Positions 1 to 8,521 of a DNA stretch of 64,000 bases are shown here, piece after piece. Both the position numbers and the translations under genes were made by a program. The notes below the pieces were generated by a model that was not told where the DNA came from, ran no database searches, and saw only the letters and a program-made list of their open reading frames with translations. The number at the start of each line of letters is the position of its first letter. The stretch's first letter is position 1. Source of the DNA: a virus. Where the stretch lies: IMG/VR virus record IMGVR_UViG_3300037504_000888, positions 1-64,000 of that record, one strand, 5' to 3'.

Positions 1-121
1 CCTCCAGCAGGTGGGGCTCGATGTTGTAGTGGTTTGTCCGCCTGCTGAAACTGTTATGCCGCTACATCGAAGAACTTGAACGTAGAAGAAGAGCGGGTGT
101 GCAGCCCTCTCTTCTTCTTCG

Positions 122-895
122 TCACTGCACGTCGATGCAGATGACGAACGTGACAAGCTCATGCGGTGGCGCCACACCCTCCGCGATGCAGTGCCAGGCG
201 TATGGCACTTTACCAGCTGGGTGGTTGGCGGTTATCCGCACTGTAGTGGCTCCGTTTTGGTAGACGTCGCAACCACCGCCGATTGCGACGTCTCCTTCGT
301 CGCAGTATGCGGTGAGCCCGAAGGCTCCAGGGTCGGGTGGGTTGTCCCACTCCTGCACGGTGTAGACGTTCGATGTGTCGATGGACCCCGCAGGGCCTCT
401 TTCTCCCTTGTCGCCCTTCGGCCCGGTTGGGCCTCGAGCTCCACGGTCTCCTTTCGGGCCAGCCGGACCGACGATACTCTCACCAGCTGGTCCGGCCGGG
501 CCCATCGGGCCCATCGGGCCTGGGACAGTACTGTCGGCTCCTGGCGGCCCGGCAGGACCGGCAGGCCCGGTAGGCCCGACGATGCTCTCCCCGTCACTCC
601 CATGGTAGACCGTGGCGGCGGTGCCATCCTCACAGGTGAGGATGGCGCCCACCTCGGTGGGGGTGACGCTGCAGGAGCTCCCAGCCGGGCCCGGGGCGCC
701 AGCGGGGCACGAGCAGGACGCCTCCCCAGCTGCCCCATCAGGGGCTTGTGGAGTGACTGGGGGCGTCCCTCCGGAGCCCGTAGATGTGGCGGTGGGGACA
801 CCACCAGGCTCAGGGAGCGGTGTCAGCGTGTTGTCTTCGTTACCGCACCCAGCGAGTGCGGCGATGATGATGATGGTGATGATGATGTAGCGCAT
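122..895 (-). CDS. Collagen-like (Gly-X-Y repeat) lipoprotein
   Basis: Hydrophobic signal peptide with lipobox LAGC; long GPxGPx runs; Cys-containing C-terminal domain. Confidence 0.85.
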   Translation of the reverse strand: MRYIIITIIIIAALAGCGNEDNTLTPLPEPGGVPTATSTGSGGTPPVTPQAPDGAAGEASCSCPAGAPGPAGSSCSVTPTEVGAILTCEDGTAATVYHGSDGESIVGPTGPAGPAGPPGADSTVPGPMGPMGPAGPAGESIVGPAGPKGDRGARGPTGPKGDKGERGPAGSIDTSNVYTVQEWDNPPDPGAFGLTAYCDEGDVAIGGGCDVYQNGATTVRITANHPAGKVPYAWHCIAEGVAPPHELVTFVICIDVQ

Positions 896-1026
896 TCCTC
901 CTCCATTGGTGGGAAAGCTTCATCGAGCAACGTGTTTAGCTCTCTACGAGCTCGTTCCAGCTCCTCCCTTTGGAGGAACTGGGTGGCATGTTTCAAGTTC
1001 CATATTTTTACGAGTTCTTCTGTCAT
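823..1026 (-). CDS. Hypothetical protein
   Basis: AAGGAGG RBS and GGCATAAC motif upstream. Confidence 0.55.
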   Translation of the reverse strand: MTEELVKIWNLKHATQFLQREELERARRELNTLLDEAFPPMEEECATSSSPSSSSPHSLGAVTKTTR

Positions 1027-1046
1027 GCTCGCCTCCTTCCATAGTT

Positions 1047-1054
1047 GTTATGCC
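1047..1054 (-). promoter_or_regulatory. Recurrent GGCATAAC promoter-like motif
   Basis: Copies at 53-60, 1047-1054, 1434-1441, 3131-3138 and 25697-25704 on the minus strand, 5703-5710 on the plus strand, and a variant at 5666-5673; each (except 53-60, at the window edge) lies shortly upstream of a gene start in the matching orientation. Confidence 0.75.
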
Positions 1055-1083
1055 GGTGGGGGATGAGCTTTTTGACGTACGCG

Positions 1084-1410
1084 TCAATCACTCGTGCGCC
1101 TGAACTCGTTGCGCCAGATGAGCGAGTTGACGAGTCCCGGTGGGATGAGCGTATCCCTTTCCGAGGGTTTGTAGGTGGCGGAGCAGTACCCGCCGTTGTA
1201 CTTGGGGGGCATGAGGCCAATCTCAATGTGCTTCCCCACACAGATGGAGCAGAGGTTCACGTTGTAGGTCTGCTCGGTTGTTTTGTTGGTAACTGCGTAG
1301 AAGCTCTTGATATAGAGCGTCCGCACCCTACCCTTGCCGCCGCACATCTTGCAGCGGCAGGGGGTTCCTACGCGCTCGACATGAAGGTCGAGTACTTCGT
1401 CGGTTTTCAC
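1084..1410 (-). CDS. Hypothetical protein with CxxC pairs
   Basis: AAGGAG RBS, upstream GGCATAAC, CKMC...CSIC. Confidence 0.65.
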   Translation of the reverse strand: MKTDEVLDLHVERVGTPCRCKMCGGKGRVRTLYIKSFYAVTNKTTEQTYNVNLCSICVGKHIEIGLMPPKYNGGYCSATYKPSERDTLIPPGLVNSLIWRNEFRRTSD

Positions 1411-1434
1411 CAGGTTAGTCTCCTTTCACCAGTG

Positions 1435-1731
1435 TTATGCCGGTGGGACGAGGTTTCTGACGTCTAGTGGGTCGTTGATGCGCGTCTCAGCGGTGCCGAC
1501 GACCACAGTCACGGTGTGAAAGTTCTTCTTCACCCGCAGCTCGAAGTTACGGTCAAGGCTGATGGCAGCGAGCACGCCTTCGTCCCTGCGCCACTCAATC
1601 TTGGCGTTGATGTTGAGCTTCATCCCCGCGAAGAACATGGTGGTAAAAAGAGCCTGAGCCGCGCTGGAGCCCACGGTGGGGCTCCAGCGCCTGAAGAACT
1701 CAGCTCGAGCACGTCGTGGGCATTCAGGCAT
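1435..1731 (-). CDS. Hypothetical protein
   Basis: Overlaps upstream gene; operon context. Confidence 0.55.
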   Translation of the reverse strand: MPECPRRARAEFFRRWSPTVGSSAAQALFTTMFFAGMKLNINAKIEWRRDEGVLAAISLDRNFELRVKKNFHTVTVVVGTAETRINDPLDVRNLVPPA

Positions 1732-1984
1732 CTTCGTCGGTGGGTCCTGCTACATAGGGGGTTTCCCTATGGTAGCAGTGCCACAGCGTCTCGAACTCCT
1801 TGCAGTCACAGGCCGCTTCAACCTCTCCAGACAGAGCAGCGACGAGGGGGACGACCGAGCCGTCCTCCCGTAGTCCCCAGGCGATGAGAGGTGTTTGCCA
1901 CTTCTCCCCGTCGATGTTCTTGAAGTGGGCGTACCAGCCGTCGGCTGGCATCAGCTGAACGATCTTGCTTTCCTCGTCCTTCAT
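1724..1984 (-). CDS. Hypothetical protein
   Basis: AAGGA RBS; MPADGWYA...PLIAWGL looks like a small phage protein. Confidence 0.65.
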   Translation of the reverse strand: MKDEESKIVQLMPADGWYAHFKNIDGEKWQTPLIAWGLREDGSVVPLVAALSGEVEAACDCKEFETLWHCYHRETPYVAGPTDEDA

Positions 1985-1992
1985 GGCTTCCT

Positions 1993-2232
1993 TTAGTTGT
2001 TACCGTAGTTCAGCAGGTCAGCCTGCGGGTGAGCGGTGACCTCGATTGCGACGGCGTTGATGTCACCGTCGTCCTCGGCGAGGCCGTAGTGCGGGTTCAA
2101 TTGCTCGAGGTCTGCGATGACCTCGAGCACAGTGCGGTTGTTGCGGACGCCCGCCTGTATAAGGCGGGTTGCTTTCGGCGAGCTCGCTACGAGACGCCTG
2201 CTCTTCATCACTTTTCCAGACAACTTCTTCAT
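1993..2232 (-). CDS. Hypothetical protein
   Basis: Start moved to MKKLSG after an AAGGAG RBS. Confidence 0.55.
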   Translation of the reverse strand: MKKLSGKVMKSRRLVASSPKATRLIQAGVRNNRTVLEVIADLEQLNPHYGLAEDDGDINAVAIEVTAHPQADLLNYGNN

Positions 2233-2258
2233 TATCATTCTCCTTGGTGTGGATGGAT

Positions 2259-3113
2259 CTATACGGTTCCTCGGTACATCACCTTTCTCTTCAAGATGTG
2301 CTCGAGGTACTCGTCGCCGTACCAGGCGTCGGGGTCCTCTAGGATGTCGTGAGCCGTCCTTAAAGAGCCGAGGCACATGTGCTCCTTTGCGCACCTAGGG
2401 CAAAGGAGTCTGCTGCAAGCAAGACACAAGACAGCGCTGCTTGTGCGTACCCAACAACCCCTTTTGTCGCAGGCCCAGTGTCGATCCTCTGGGGCATGGA
2501 TGTCGACCAAGCAGAGCTGCGCTTCACGCTTTCTGCGCTTGCGCTCTTCTCGTCGCCTGGCTTCGTTGTTCTTGCGTTCCTCTGCTTGTTGCTTGAGGCG
2601 TACAGCTTGCTCCTCTGCTGTCTCTACAGCTTCGAGGAAGTGTTCTTCACCCTGGACATTAGGATGCTCAAAAGCCCCTGACCACACCTGAAGCGCTTGA
2701 GCATCGTACTCGTCCCACTCTGTGTCGGGCATGTCGATGTCCAGTGACTGCGCTATCTTCTCTCTAAGACGGCCTTCTTCTCGGGCCTCCCACCAGTGTG
2801 AGTACAAGGACCCGCACTGCTCATAGAGCTTGATGAAGCTCGCTCGAGCTCGTTCGTCAATGCCCTGTAGGCGGTGGATCGCCATACCGCGCAGAAGTTC
2901 GCTTCGACACGTTGGACATGCGGGTTCAGTGTCCACGAGGAGGCACCGTTTTACGTAGTCGACGGTGCGGAGAAGCATGGCGCCACAGCCGCAGCGCAGC
3001 AGGAGTGTGGGGAGTTCTCTTCCCTCGTCGTTGATTGTTCGCGGTGGTCCGGGCCCCACTACTTCTGTCTCGCCGAGTAGTGTTCCGGCGGCTAAGTTGC
3101 GCGTACTTGTCAT
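2259..3113 (-). CDS. Cys-rich hypothetical protein (Zn-finger-like termini, central coiled coil)
   Basis: GGAGG RBS, GGCATAAC upstream; CGCG, CPTC and CxxC..CxxC..H motifs. Confidence 0.7.
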   Translation of the reverse strand: MTSTRNLAAGTLLGETEVVGPGPPRTINDEGRELPTLLLRCGCGAMLLRTVDYVKRCLLVDTEPACPTCRSELLRGMAIHRLQGIDERARASFIKLYEQCGSLYSHWWEAREEGRLREKIAQSLDIDMPDTEWDEYDAQALQVWSGAFEHPNVQGEEHFLEAVETAEEQAVRLKQQAEERKNNEARRREERKRRKREAQLCLVDIHAPEDRHWACDKRGCWVRTSSAVLCLACSRLLCPRCAKEHMCLGSLRTAHDILEDPDAWYGDEYLEHILKRKVMYRGTV

Positions 3114-3149
3114 GTCTTTCCTCCACCATTGTTATGCCGCCATCGCTGC

Positions 3150-3155
3150 TATGCT
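3150..3155 (+). promoter_or_regulatory. -10 hexamer of a leaderless-type promoter (TAnnnT, 5-6 nt before the start codon)
   Basis: TATGCT-6nt-ATG here; same geometry at 25715, 27272, 32422 and 42898 (+) and 32397 (-). Confidence 0.7.
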
Positions 3156-3161
3156 TGTGCC

Positions 3162-3950
3162 ATGAGTGAGTTCATCCAACCGTTCTCGACAAAGGGCGCC
3201 ACCGAGCTCCTTCCCGACATTCCAGAGTACTTGGGCGAGGAGCGTGAAGACCACCTACACGCGTTGTTCGTGCAGGGCCAATTCCCTGGTTGGCTGCGGA
3301 TGTGGCACGAGGTGAACGTCCGCAAGGACGACCAGTACGCCACGTTCTACGTGATGCCCGACTTCCTCTGCATCGGCGAAGGGCAGGACTACTGCTACAC
3401 GCCGATGGGGGCGATGAACGCCGAGCGCGTACTCAGCCTCTTCAATGCCGTGTTGCCTACGCCGAAGATGGTCGACGACATATACAAGGCGTGCAGGTTC
3501 AAGCAGGTAGCAGCGACGTGGGGCCCGCCCTACGACAGCTCGATGACGCGTACCTCCCGTTGGCCCGTACAGACGACGAAGGTCTGGAAGAACCTCGTGG
3601 CCTCTGGAGCATGCTTGGGCGACCTGGTCGAGGGCCACATGAAGAACGTCGTGGTGAGCGAGAAGATGGTGGCACACCAAGGCGTAGACCTCAGCTTCTG
3701 GGGCTGGTTTAACAAGGATGGCTCTCGCATTCAGGGTGACAGCCAGGCACACGGTGCCGGCTACTGCGACTACGCTCACGGTGTACGTGGCGTGCTGCGT
3801 CGAGTCGTGGTCAACGGAATCCTGATGGAGTTTGATGCAGCAATCGAGGATGAAGAGGTCGCACCGCTCTTCACGTACAATGGCAGCTTCAGCCCGAGCT
3901 CGTACTTGGCGACCCGGGCGAAGTTCGGCATCACGGAGATCAAGTACTGA
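3162..3950 (+). CDS. Conserved-looking hypothetical protein, possibly an enzyme
   Basis: Motifs VMPDFLCIG, LPTPKMVD, GHMKNVV, YCDYAHGVR; start set by the leaderless promoter. Confidence 0.75.
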   Translation: MSEFIQPFSTKGATELLPDIPEYLGEEREDHLHALFVQGQFPGWLRMWHEVNVRKDDQYATFYVMPDFLCIGEGQDYCYTPMGAMNAERVLSLFNAVLPTPKMVDDIYKACRFKQVAATWGPPYDSSMTRTSRWPVQTTKVWKNLVASGACLGDLVEGHMKNVVVSEKMVAHQGVDLSFWGWFNKDGSRIQGDSQAHGAGYCDYAHGVRGVLRRVVVNGILMEFDAAIEDEEVAPLFTYNGSFSPSSYLATRAKFGITEIKY

Positions 3951-4561
3951 TGCGACCTAGTCCCTTAAAGGTCCTTGATTTCGTCTCCTTCGGAGGCGTG
4001 GCTACTGCTATGACCCTTGGCGCACTGGCGATCACCCTGTGGGGGGAGACCGAGAACATTGGTGCTGCCATCGCCCTCAGCTGGGTCGTGGCCGCTGCGG
4101 CCTGGGGTATCTACGGCTTCGTCGTCTATTGCCGCTGGAAGTACATCAAGAAGTTCGACGTGGAGCTCGAGCACGGCATTATGGTGGCGCGCAATGGATA
4201 CCTCGTCAGCTCTCTAGAGTTGGCGGCCGAGCTCGACCGCTTCGTAGGTCTCTGGGAGAAGCACATGCGGGTGCGTAAGCGACTCGAGGAGGACCGCATC
4301 TGGGTTGTCTTCCACCCCGGCGTCATCGAGAACAAGGGCAAGTATGAGAAAGTAGCCGGGTTCGTCACTGTTGGCGGCAACGTGGCGCACGTGGCTTACT
4401 TCAAGAGGATCAAGGACGGGGTCTACGTGAAGGACCCGGGTGTATCCATCGAGCGTACAGCCTTCGCACACGAGCTAGGACACATAGTCATGGCTCGAGA
4501 GTGGGGTGACTGGGACCAGGAGCGCCACCACGCATTCACGAAAGCCGAGGGCCTTCCCTGA
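3950..4561 (+). CDS. Membrane protein with HExxH zinc-metallopeptidase-like motif
   Basis: Two N-terminal TM segments; AFAHELGH. Confidence 0.7.
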   Translation: MRPSPLKVLDFVSFGGVATAMTLGALAITLWGETENIGAAIALSWVVAAAAWGIYGFVVYCRWKYIKKFDVELEHGIMVARNGYLVSSLELAAELDRFVGLWEKHMRVRKRLEEDRIWVVFHPGVIENKGKYEKVAGFVTVGGNVAHVAYFKRIKDGVYVKDPGVSIERTAFAHELGHIVMAREWGDWDQERHHAFTKAEGLP

Positions 4562-5126
4562 TGCGGCGTTCGAAGGGGCGCTCTTCCTGCTTCAGTCCGT
4601 CGGCGGCATTCTGGTAGTCCTGCAGCGAGCCAGATAGTTCCGCCTGCGACTCGCGAACTCGGTAGATATAAGAGGTCATGTCGACCTTGAAAATGTCGCC
4701 GTACTCACCGAAGTAGCCGATGTCTCGCATCTTCGCCATGGCCGCCATGGCGCCCTGCTTGCGATCGCTCTCTTGTACGGCCTTCATGCTGCTCAAAAAC
4801 TCGCCATGGTTGCAGTCGAGGCGTCCGGTGACAGGACTCTTACTGGCTCGATACCAGAGCTCGGCGAGCCACAACGGCACCCAGGGGCGACGGCCAACTT
4901 CTTCGTCGTAGAGCCACAGCGTCCCGGTGTGGTTGTACTCGAAGTGGAACTTGAGGAACTGGAATATGGGTGAGCCTGGGTGGCAGGGCACGTAGTCCTG
5001 CTCGACGAGCAGAGCGATGCGCTGATTGCGGCAGCACTGAACATTATTGCTCTGGTGGTGGGCCAGTCCTCTCTTCGTGACGGTGGTCTGGCAGTACGGG
5101 CATATGACGGTCTCAGAGGATGCCAT
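4536..5126 (-). CDS. C2HC Zn-finger paralogue family protein
   Basis: CPYC..GLAHHQ..C; similar to 5113, 5722 and 6849 genes. Confidence 0.7.
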   Translation of the reverse strand: MASSETVICPYCQTTVTKRGLAHHQSNNVQCCRNQRIALLVEQDYVPCHPGSPIFQFLKFHFEYNHTGTLWLYDEEVGRRPWVPLWLAELWYRASKSPVTGRLDCNHGEFLSSMKAVQESDRKQGAMAAMAKMRDIGYFGEYGDIFKVDMTSYIYRVRESQAELSGSLQDYQNAADGLKQEERPFERRIREGPRLS

Positions 5127-5658
5127 GGTGCTCCTTGAAGGCTTCGAGCCCTACTTCCCAGGCATTCTTGCTTCGGCCGTACTCTTGCCGATGCTTGTTC
5201 CTGCGGAGGGCGTACAACACGGTGAACGCCTTGGCTTTCTTCTCGCTCATCTTGCACTCGTCGATGAGGGCTTGAGCGCGCTCTTTGGCGTTCTCGAGCA
5301 ATGTATTCTTCGCGCTCTTCGCATCTGCGAGACAATCAGACATGTGGAGGTAGGGCGTCATGAACCCGCTCTGCCAGACGCATTCCAGGGCCCAAAACGG
5401 GTAGTAGCAGCCGTAGCCATTGAGGTGACTGGCAGGCGAGTTCTTACCGGGCACGCCCAACGTCTCGAGCAGGCGGCTGAGGCCGTCGTTGTGGTACAAA
5501 CCACCGTAATCCCTCTCTACTTCTTGAAGTACTGCGCGCTTTATCCTGCAGTGCTTGTTCGTATCCTGGTGCCAGGCCAGACCACGGCTACCGGCAACGA
5601 AGGCCCCGCAGTGCGGGCAAAACATCTTCTGACTGGAGGTGGAGGCTATCTCGGTCAT
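5113..5658 (-). CDS. C2HC Zn-finger paralogue family protein
   Basis: CPHC..GLAWHQ..C. Confidence 0.7.
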   Translation of the reverse strand: MTEIASTSSQKMFCPHCGAFVAGSRGLAWHQDTNKHCRIKRAVLQEVERDYGGLYHNDGLSRLLETLGVPGKNSPASHLNGYGCYYPFWALECVWQSGFMTPYLHMSDCLADAKSAKNTLLENAKERAQALIDECKMSEKKAKAFTVLYALRRNKHRQEYGRSKNAWEVGLEAFKEHHGIL

Positions 5659-5721
5659 CAGCTCTGTTGTGCCGCAGCGCCGTGAAAAGTTCCAGGTCGC
5701 ATGGCATAACGGCTTCGACGC

Positions 5722-6153
5722 ATGACATACGATAGAACAACACGTCCGGCGTCCATGCAGAAGCGCCGGGAGATTCGTCAGCGTATGCTCGAGCGCGGGT
5801 GGTTTCCCGTACCCAGTGACATGCCGCGCGACGCTCTGCTACGCATTCCAGTCAAGTGGGCTCCCAACTTCGACGATGAAGACCGAGTTGATTGCAACTG
5901 GACCGAGATGTGGTGCATAGCCCTCTGGGCGAAGCTGTGTGCTTCAGGCAAGGGTACGATGAAGCGCTACGCGCTCGAGCTGAAGAGGCACAAGCAGCAG
6001 CCCAGGTTGAAACGCGCCATTTTGATTACTGCGAAGATTTCCGCGGAAAGAAACCCCGAAGCCGACCTGGCCATCACCCGGTCCATCGAGCTTCTTGACG
6101 CCCCCTGGGCCGTCACGCTACAACTTGAACGGTCCTCTGGAACTCTGAAGTAG
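5722..6153 (+). CDS. Paralogue family protein lacking the Zn finger
   Basis: WTEMWCIALW and RLKRAIL segments match the neighbouring paralogues; GGCATAAC upstream. Confidence 0.65.
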   Translation: MTYDRTTRPASMQKRREIRQRMLERGWFPVPSDMPRDALLRIPVKWAPNFDDEDRVDCNWTEMWCIALWAKLCASGKGTMKRYALELKRHKQQPRLKRAILITAKISAERNPEADLAITRSIELLDAPWAVTLQLERSSGTLK

Positions 6154-6313
6154 CACTCTTGGTGGTGAGAGCCCTTCGGGGCTGGGTGAAGGCGGCAGCC
6201 AAGGTCGCCAGGGATGGCCATCCCTAACCCTCAGACCGCAGCGCAGCGCGCCCCCTGGGCCAGACGCAGTGCGCGCGAGAAGACGAACCTGCTACAACGA
6301 GTTCCAGGGGACT
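6131..6313 (+). ncRNA. Candidate structured ncRNA, about 183 nt, family unassigned
   Basis: 15-bp closing stem 6131-6145/6299-6313 with G-U pairs, plus GTAGCA/TGCTAC; internal UUCG hairpin; TTGACG-18-TACAAC promoter immediately upstream. Confidence 0.6.
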
Positions 6314-6328
6314 CCTATAGAGGGAAGT

Positions 6329-6883
6329 ATGCAGTACGAAGCAAACATCGCCCGTGCTTTCTTCACCATGGCCTCCGTGGCGTTCATTACGGTGGTCGCC
6401 ACCAACTGCCGGTGCACCTCCGAGTGCCCCCCATGCCCCTCATGCCCGAGCGTTTCTGCTAGCCCCAACCCCTCGGTCGATCCACCGAGCACTGACCCTC
6501 CTGAAGCCGAGGTGCTGAAGCAGCTCCCCGAGCAGGACCTCCAGCTCCGCAGCATGTTCGGCACGAGTGCCGAGCTCCTGTCGAAGAAGAACGCCGAGAA
6601 CTGGACGCTGCCGTACCCCCACCAGGTTCGGATCTTCCGCGAGGACAACTCGTGGATTGAGGACTGTGGTTTCTTCCCCACCCTCCAAGGGGATGGGTGG
6701 CGAACCGCGTACTGCCTCATCGAGGACAACCAGCGCGTGGCGCACAAGCTCTACATCCGAGTGCGGAAGAGTAGCAGGGGCGAGCCCATCTACGACTTCA
6801 AAGTAGTGGGCCCCGAAGGCGCACGACTGGACACCAGCTTCGTCGAGCATGGGCAAGAAACTTCCGCGGGCGGAATGCCCTAA
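6329..6883 (+). CDS. Secreted or membrane-anchored protein
   Basis: N-terminal hydrophobic segment followed by a Cys/Pro-rich linker. Confidence 0.65.
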   Translation: MQYEANIARAFFTMASVAFITVVATNCRCTSECPPCPSCPSVSASPNPSVDPPSTDPPEAEVLKQLPEQDLQLRSMFGTSAELLSKKNAENWTLPYPHQVRIFREDNSWIEDCGFFPTLQGDGWRTAYCLIEDNQRVAHKLYIRVRKSSRGEPIYDFKVVGPEGARLDTSFVEHGQETSAGGMP

Positions 6884-7349
6884 GTGTGGTCTGATCGTCA
6901 TCGAGCGACGTATGGACGAGCACATCAACAATGGTTGGTGTGTCAGCCGCCAGAACCTGCATCAGATACGCAAGCTCGGCTACGACGTGCCTAGCCACTA
7001 CGGGTCGAGCATCCGAACCGTGCAGATGCTAGCCAGGTACGCCGGCATCAAACTAGAACGTGAGCCTGTGGACGCCCTCGACTATGGCAGAAACTTTACG
7101 GCTTGGGCCAAGAGGAAGACCGAACAGGGTCGCCCCATCGACCAGCGCTACGTGGTCAAGGACCTCTACGTGGCCCCCACGTGGCTCATCAAGCTCGCCG
7201 CGGCTTGGCGCCACCGCCGCGCCCGCGCACTCAATGGCAAGCCTGCGCCGTTCCCCAAGAAGGTCCTGGTCAAGCTGCCAGAGGCCGTCGACAATGAGCG
7301 TCTACAGCAGGCGCTGATAACCTCGTTGACTCTGAGGAGTAGGAAATGA
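6849..7349 (+). CDS. C2HC Zn-finger paralogue family protein
   Basis: CPKC..H..C; YVAPTWLIKL; RLQQALI. Confidence 0.7.
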   Translation: MGKKLPRAECPKCGLIVIERRMDEHINNGWCVSRQNLHQIRKLGYDVPSHYGSSIRTVQMLARYAGIKLEREPVDALDYGRNFTAWAKRKTEQGRPIDQRYVVKDLYVAPTWLIKLAAAWRHRRARALNGKPAPFPKKVLVKLPEAVDNERLQQALITSLTLRSRK

Positions 7350-7933
7350 AGACGGATTTGTCTGACTGGCTCGACGAGAAACGCAGTTTCTTGGTCTTCG
7401 TCCCTGACATCGAGATGAAGGAGGCGATGAAGAATGAACCCTACGTACTGCGCATTCACCTTCCTAGGATCTACTCGTTCCTCGAGGTCGTGCAGATTGA
7501 GAACCCGCTCGTTGGCATCAGCGCCCTGGGCATGGGTCCGCAGACGGCCTACGCGTTCTTGGTCGATCCCACCACCGAAGTGAATAGGCGCTTCTACATC
7601 ACCGCCATATTCCCGCACATGCACTTTCCTTGGGGTGACACGCGCGTGCGCTGCTCGCCTCGGGGCATCAGCACGCACAGCGGTGTGGCGCTGCTGCACG
7701 TCGAGACGAACGTTGAGCACGACGACTACGACTGGTTCGAGCGCAACATCCAGGAGATGGGCTACCGCCTCGTCGACGCCAAGCCCTACACTCAGAGCGC
7801 TGAGCTCGTGAACCTCTACAAGGCCAACCTGGAGGAGCTGCGTGGCAAGGTGGAAGAGCAAGTTCGACCACCGGGACCCGGTGTGGGTCAGCCGAGTGGC
7901 GAAGGCCCTGAAGGGTCAGATGAACCAGCGTGA
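7346..7933 (+). CDS. Hypothetical protein
   Basis: ATGA coupling; codon usage typical of the genome. Confidence 0.7.
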   Translation: MKTDLSDWLDEKRSFLVFVPDIEMKEAMKNEPYVLRIHLPRIYSFLEVVQIENPLVGISALGMGPQTAYAFLVDPTTEVNRRFYITAIFPHMHFPWGDTRVRCSPRGISTHSGVALLHVETNVEHDDYDWFERNIQEMGYRLVDAKPYTQSAELVNLYKANLEELRGKVEEQVRPPGPGVGQPSGEGPEGSDEPA

Positions 7934-8162
7934 GCTCTACGAGGCCGAGCGCCTCACCGAAGAGTGGAAGAAGCAGTACGTCGACGACGACCGCGGGATG
8001 AAAGCGCTCGAGGTCGTCGACATGATGCGGCGGGGGCGCAGTGAGCCCCTGCCGGTGGACCACGTGACGCTTCACATCGGTGTGGACCATGCTGTAGTTT
8101 CAGAAAGTTCGACGGCCACCATAGCCGTCCCTCGAAAGGGCAACGATGCATCGGAATCATGA
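7920..8162 (+). CDS. Hypothetical protein
   Basis: Start MNQREL; operon context. Confidence 0.55.
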   Translation: MNQRELYEAERLTEEWKKQYVDDDRGMKALEVVDMMRRGRSEPLPVDHVTLHIGVDHAVVSESSTATIAVPRKGNDASES

Positions 8163-8436
8163 TCCCCAGCTTTGGATGGAGTCTGTCCCCAGGACCCCCA
8201 CAGCTACCCCTGAGAAGCCCCCGACCACCCTTTGGGACCCGGGGGCTTTGCTTTGTGCCGTGGTCGACGGCAGGCGCGTCTACGGCAAGGTCGCGTGTGT
8301 TGACCCGCACGTCGACTACGTGGTGGTTCGCTCCTACAACTTCAACGGGCACGAGCCCGTCAAGAGCACCTGGGCGGGTACCAGGGACCAGTTCCAGGCG
8401 ATGTGGATGTTCGCACGCCTCGAAGGCGCCGCTTGA
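8146..8436 (+). CDS. Hypothetical protein
   Basis: Operon context; codon usage. Confidence 0.55.
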   Translation: MHRNHDPQLWMESVPRTPTATPEKPPTTLWDPGALLCAVVDGRRVYGKVACVDPHVDYVVVRSYNFNGHEPVKSTWAGTRDQFQAMWMFARLEGAA

Positions 8437-8461
8437 CGGCGCCTGCGTCCTGAGCGACGCT
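8433..8461 (+). promoter_or_regulatory. Sigma70-like promoter upstream of the tmRNA
   Basis: TTGACG-17-GACGCT; similar promoters at 6095, 11101 and 27155. Confidence 0.5.
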
Positions 8462-8521
8462 TCTATCAGGTCGGCGGCCTCGTGCCTTAATGGAGAACTG
8501 GCTCCTGCCGGCCGTACTTAC

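Noticed and set aside
161-1066. Long antisense and alternate-frame ORFs (also 7166-7861, 17378-18118, 19522-20595, 42381-43253 and others)
   Set aside because: Shadows of real genes, expected in high-GC DNA; no motifs or RBS
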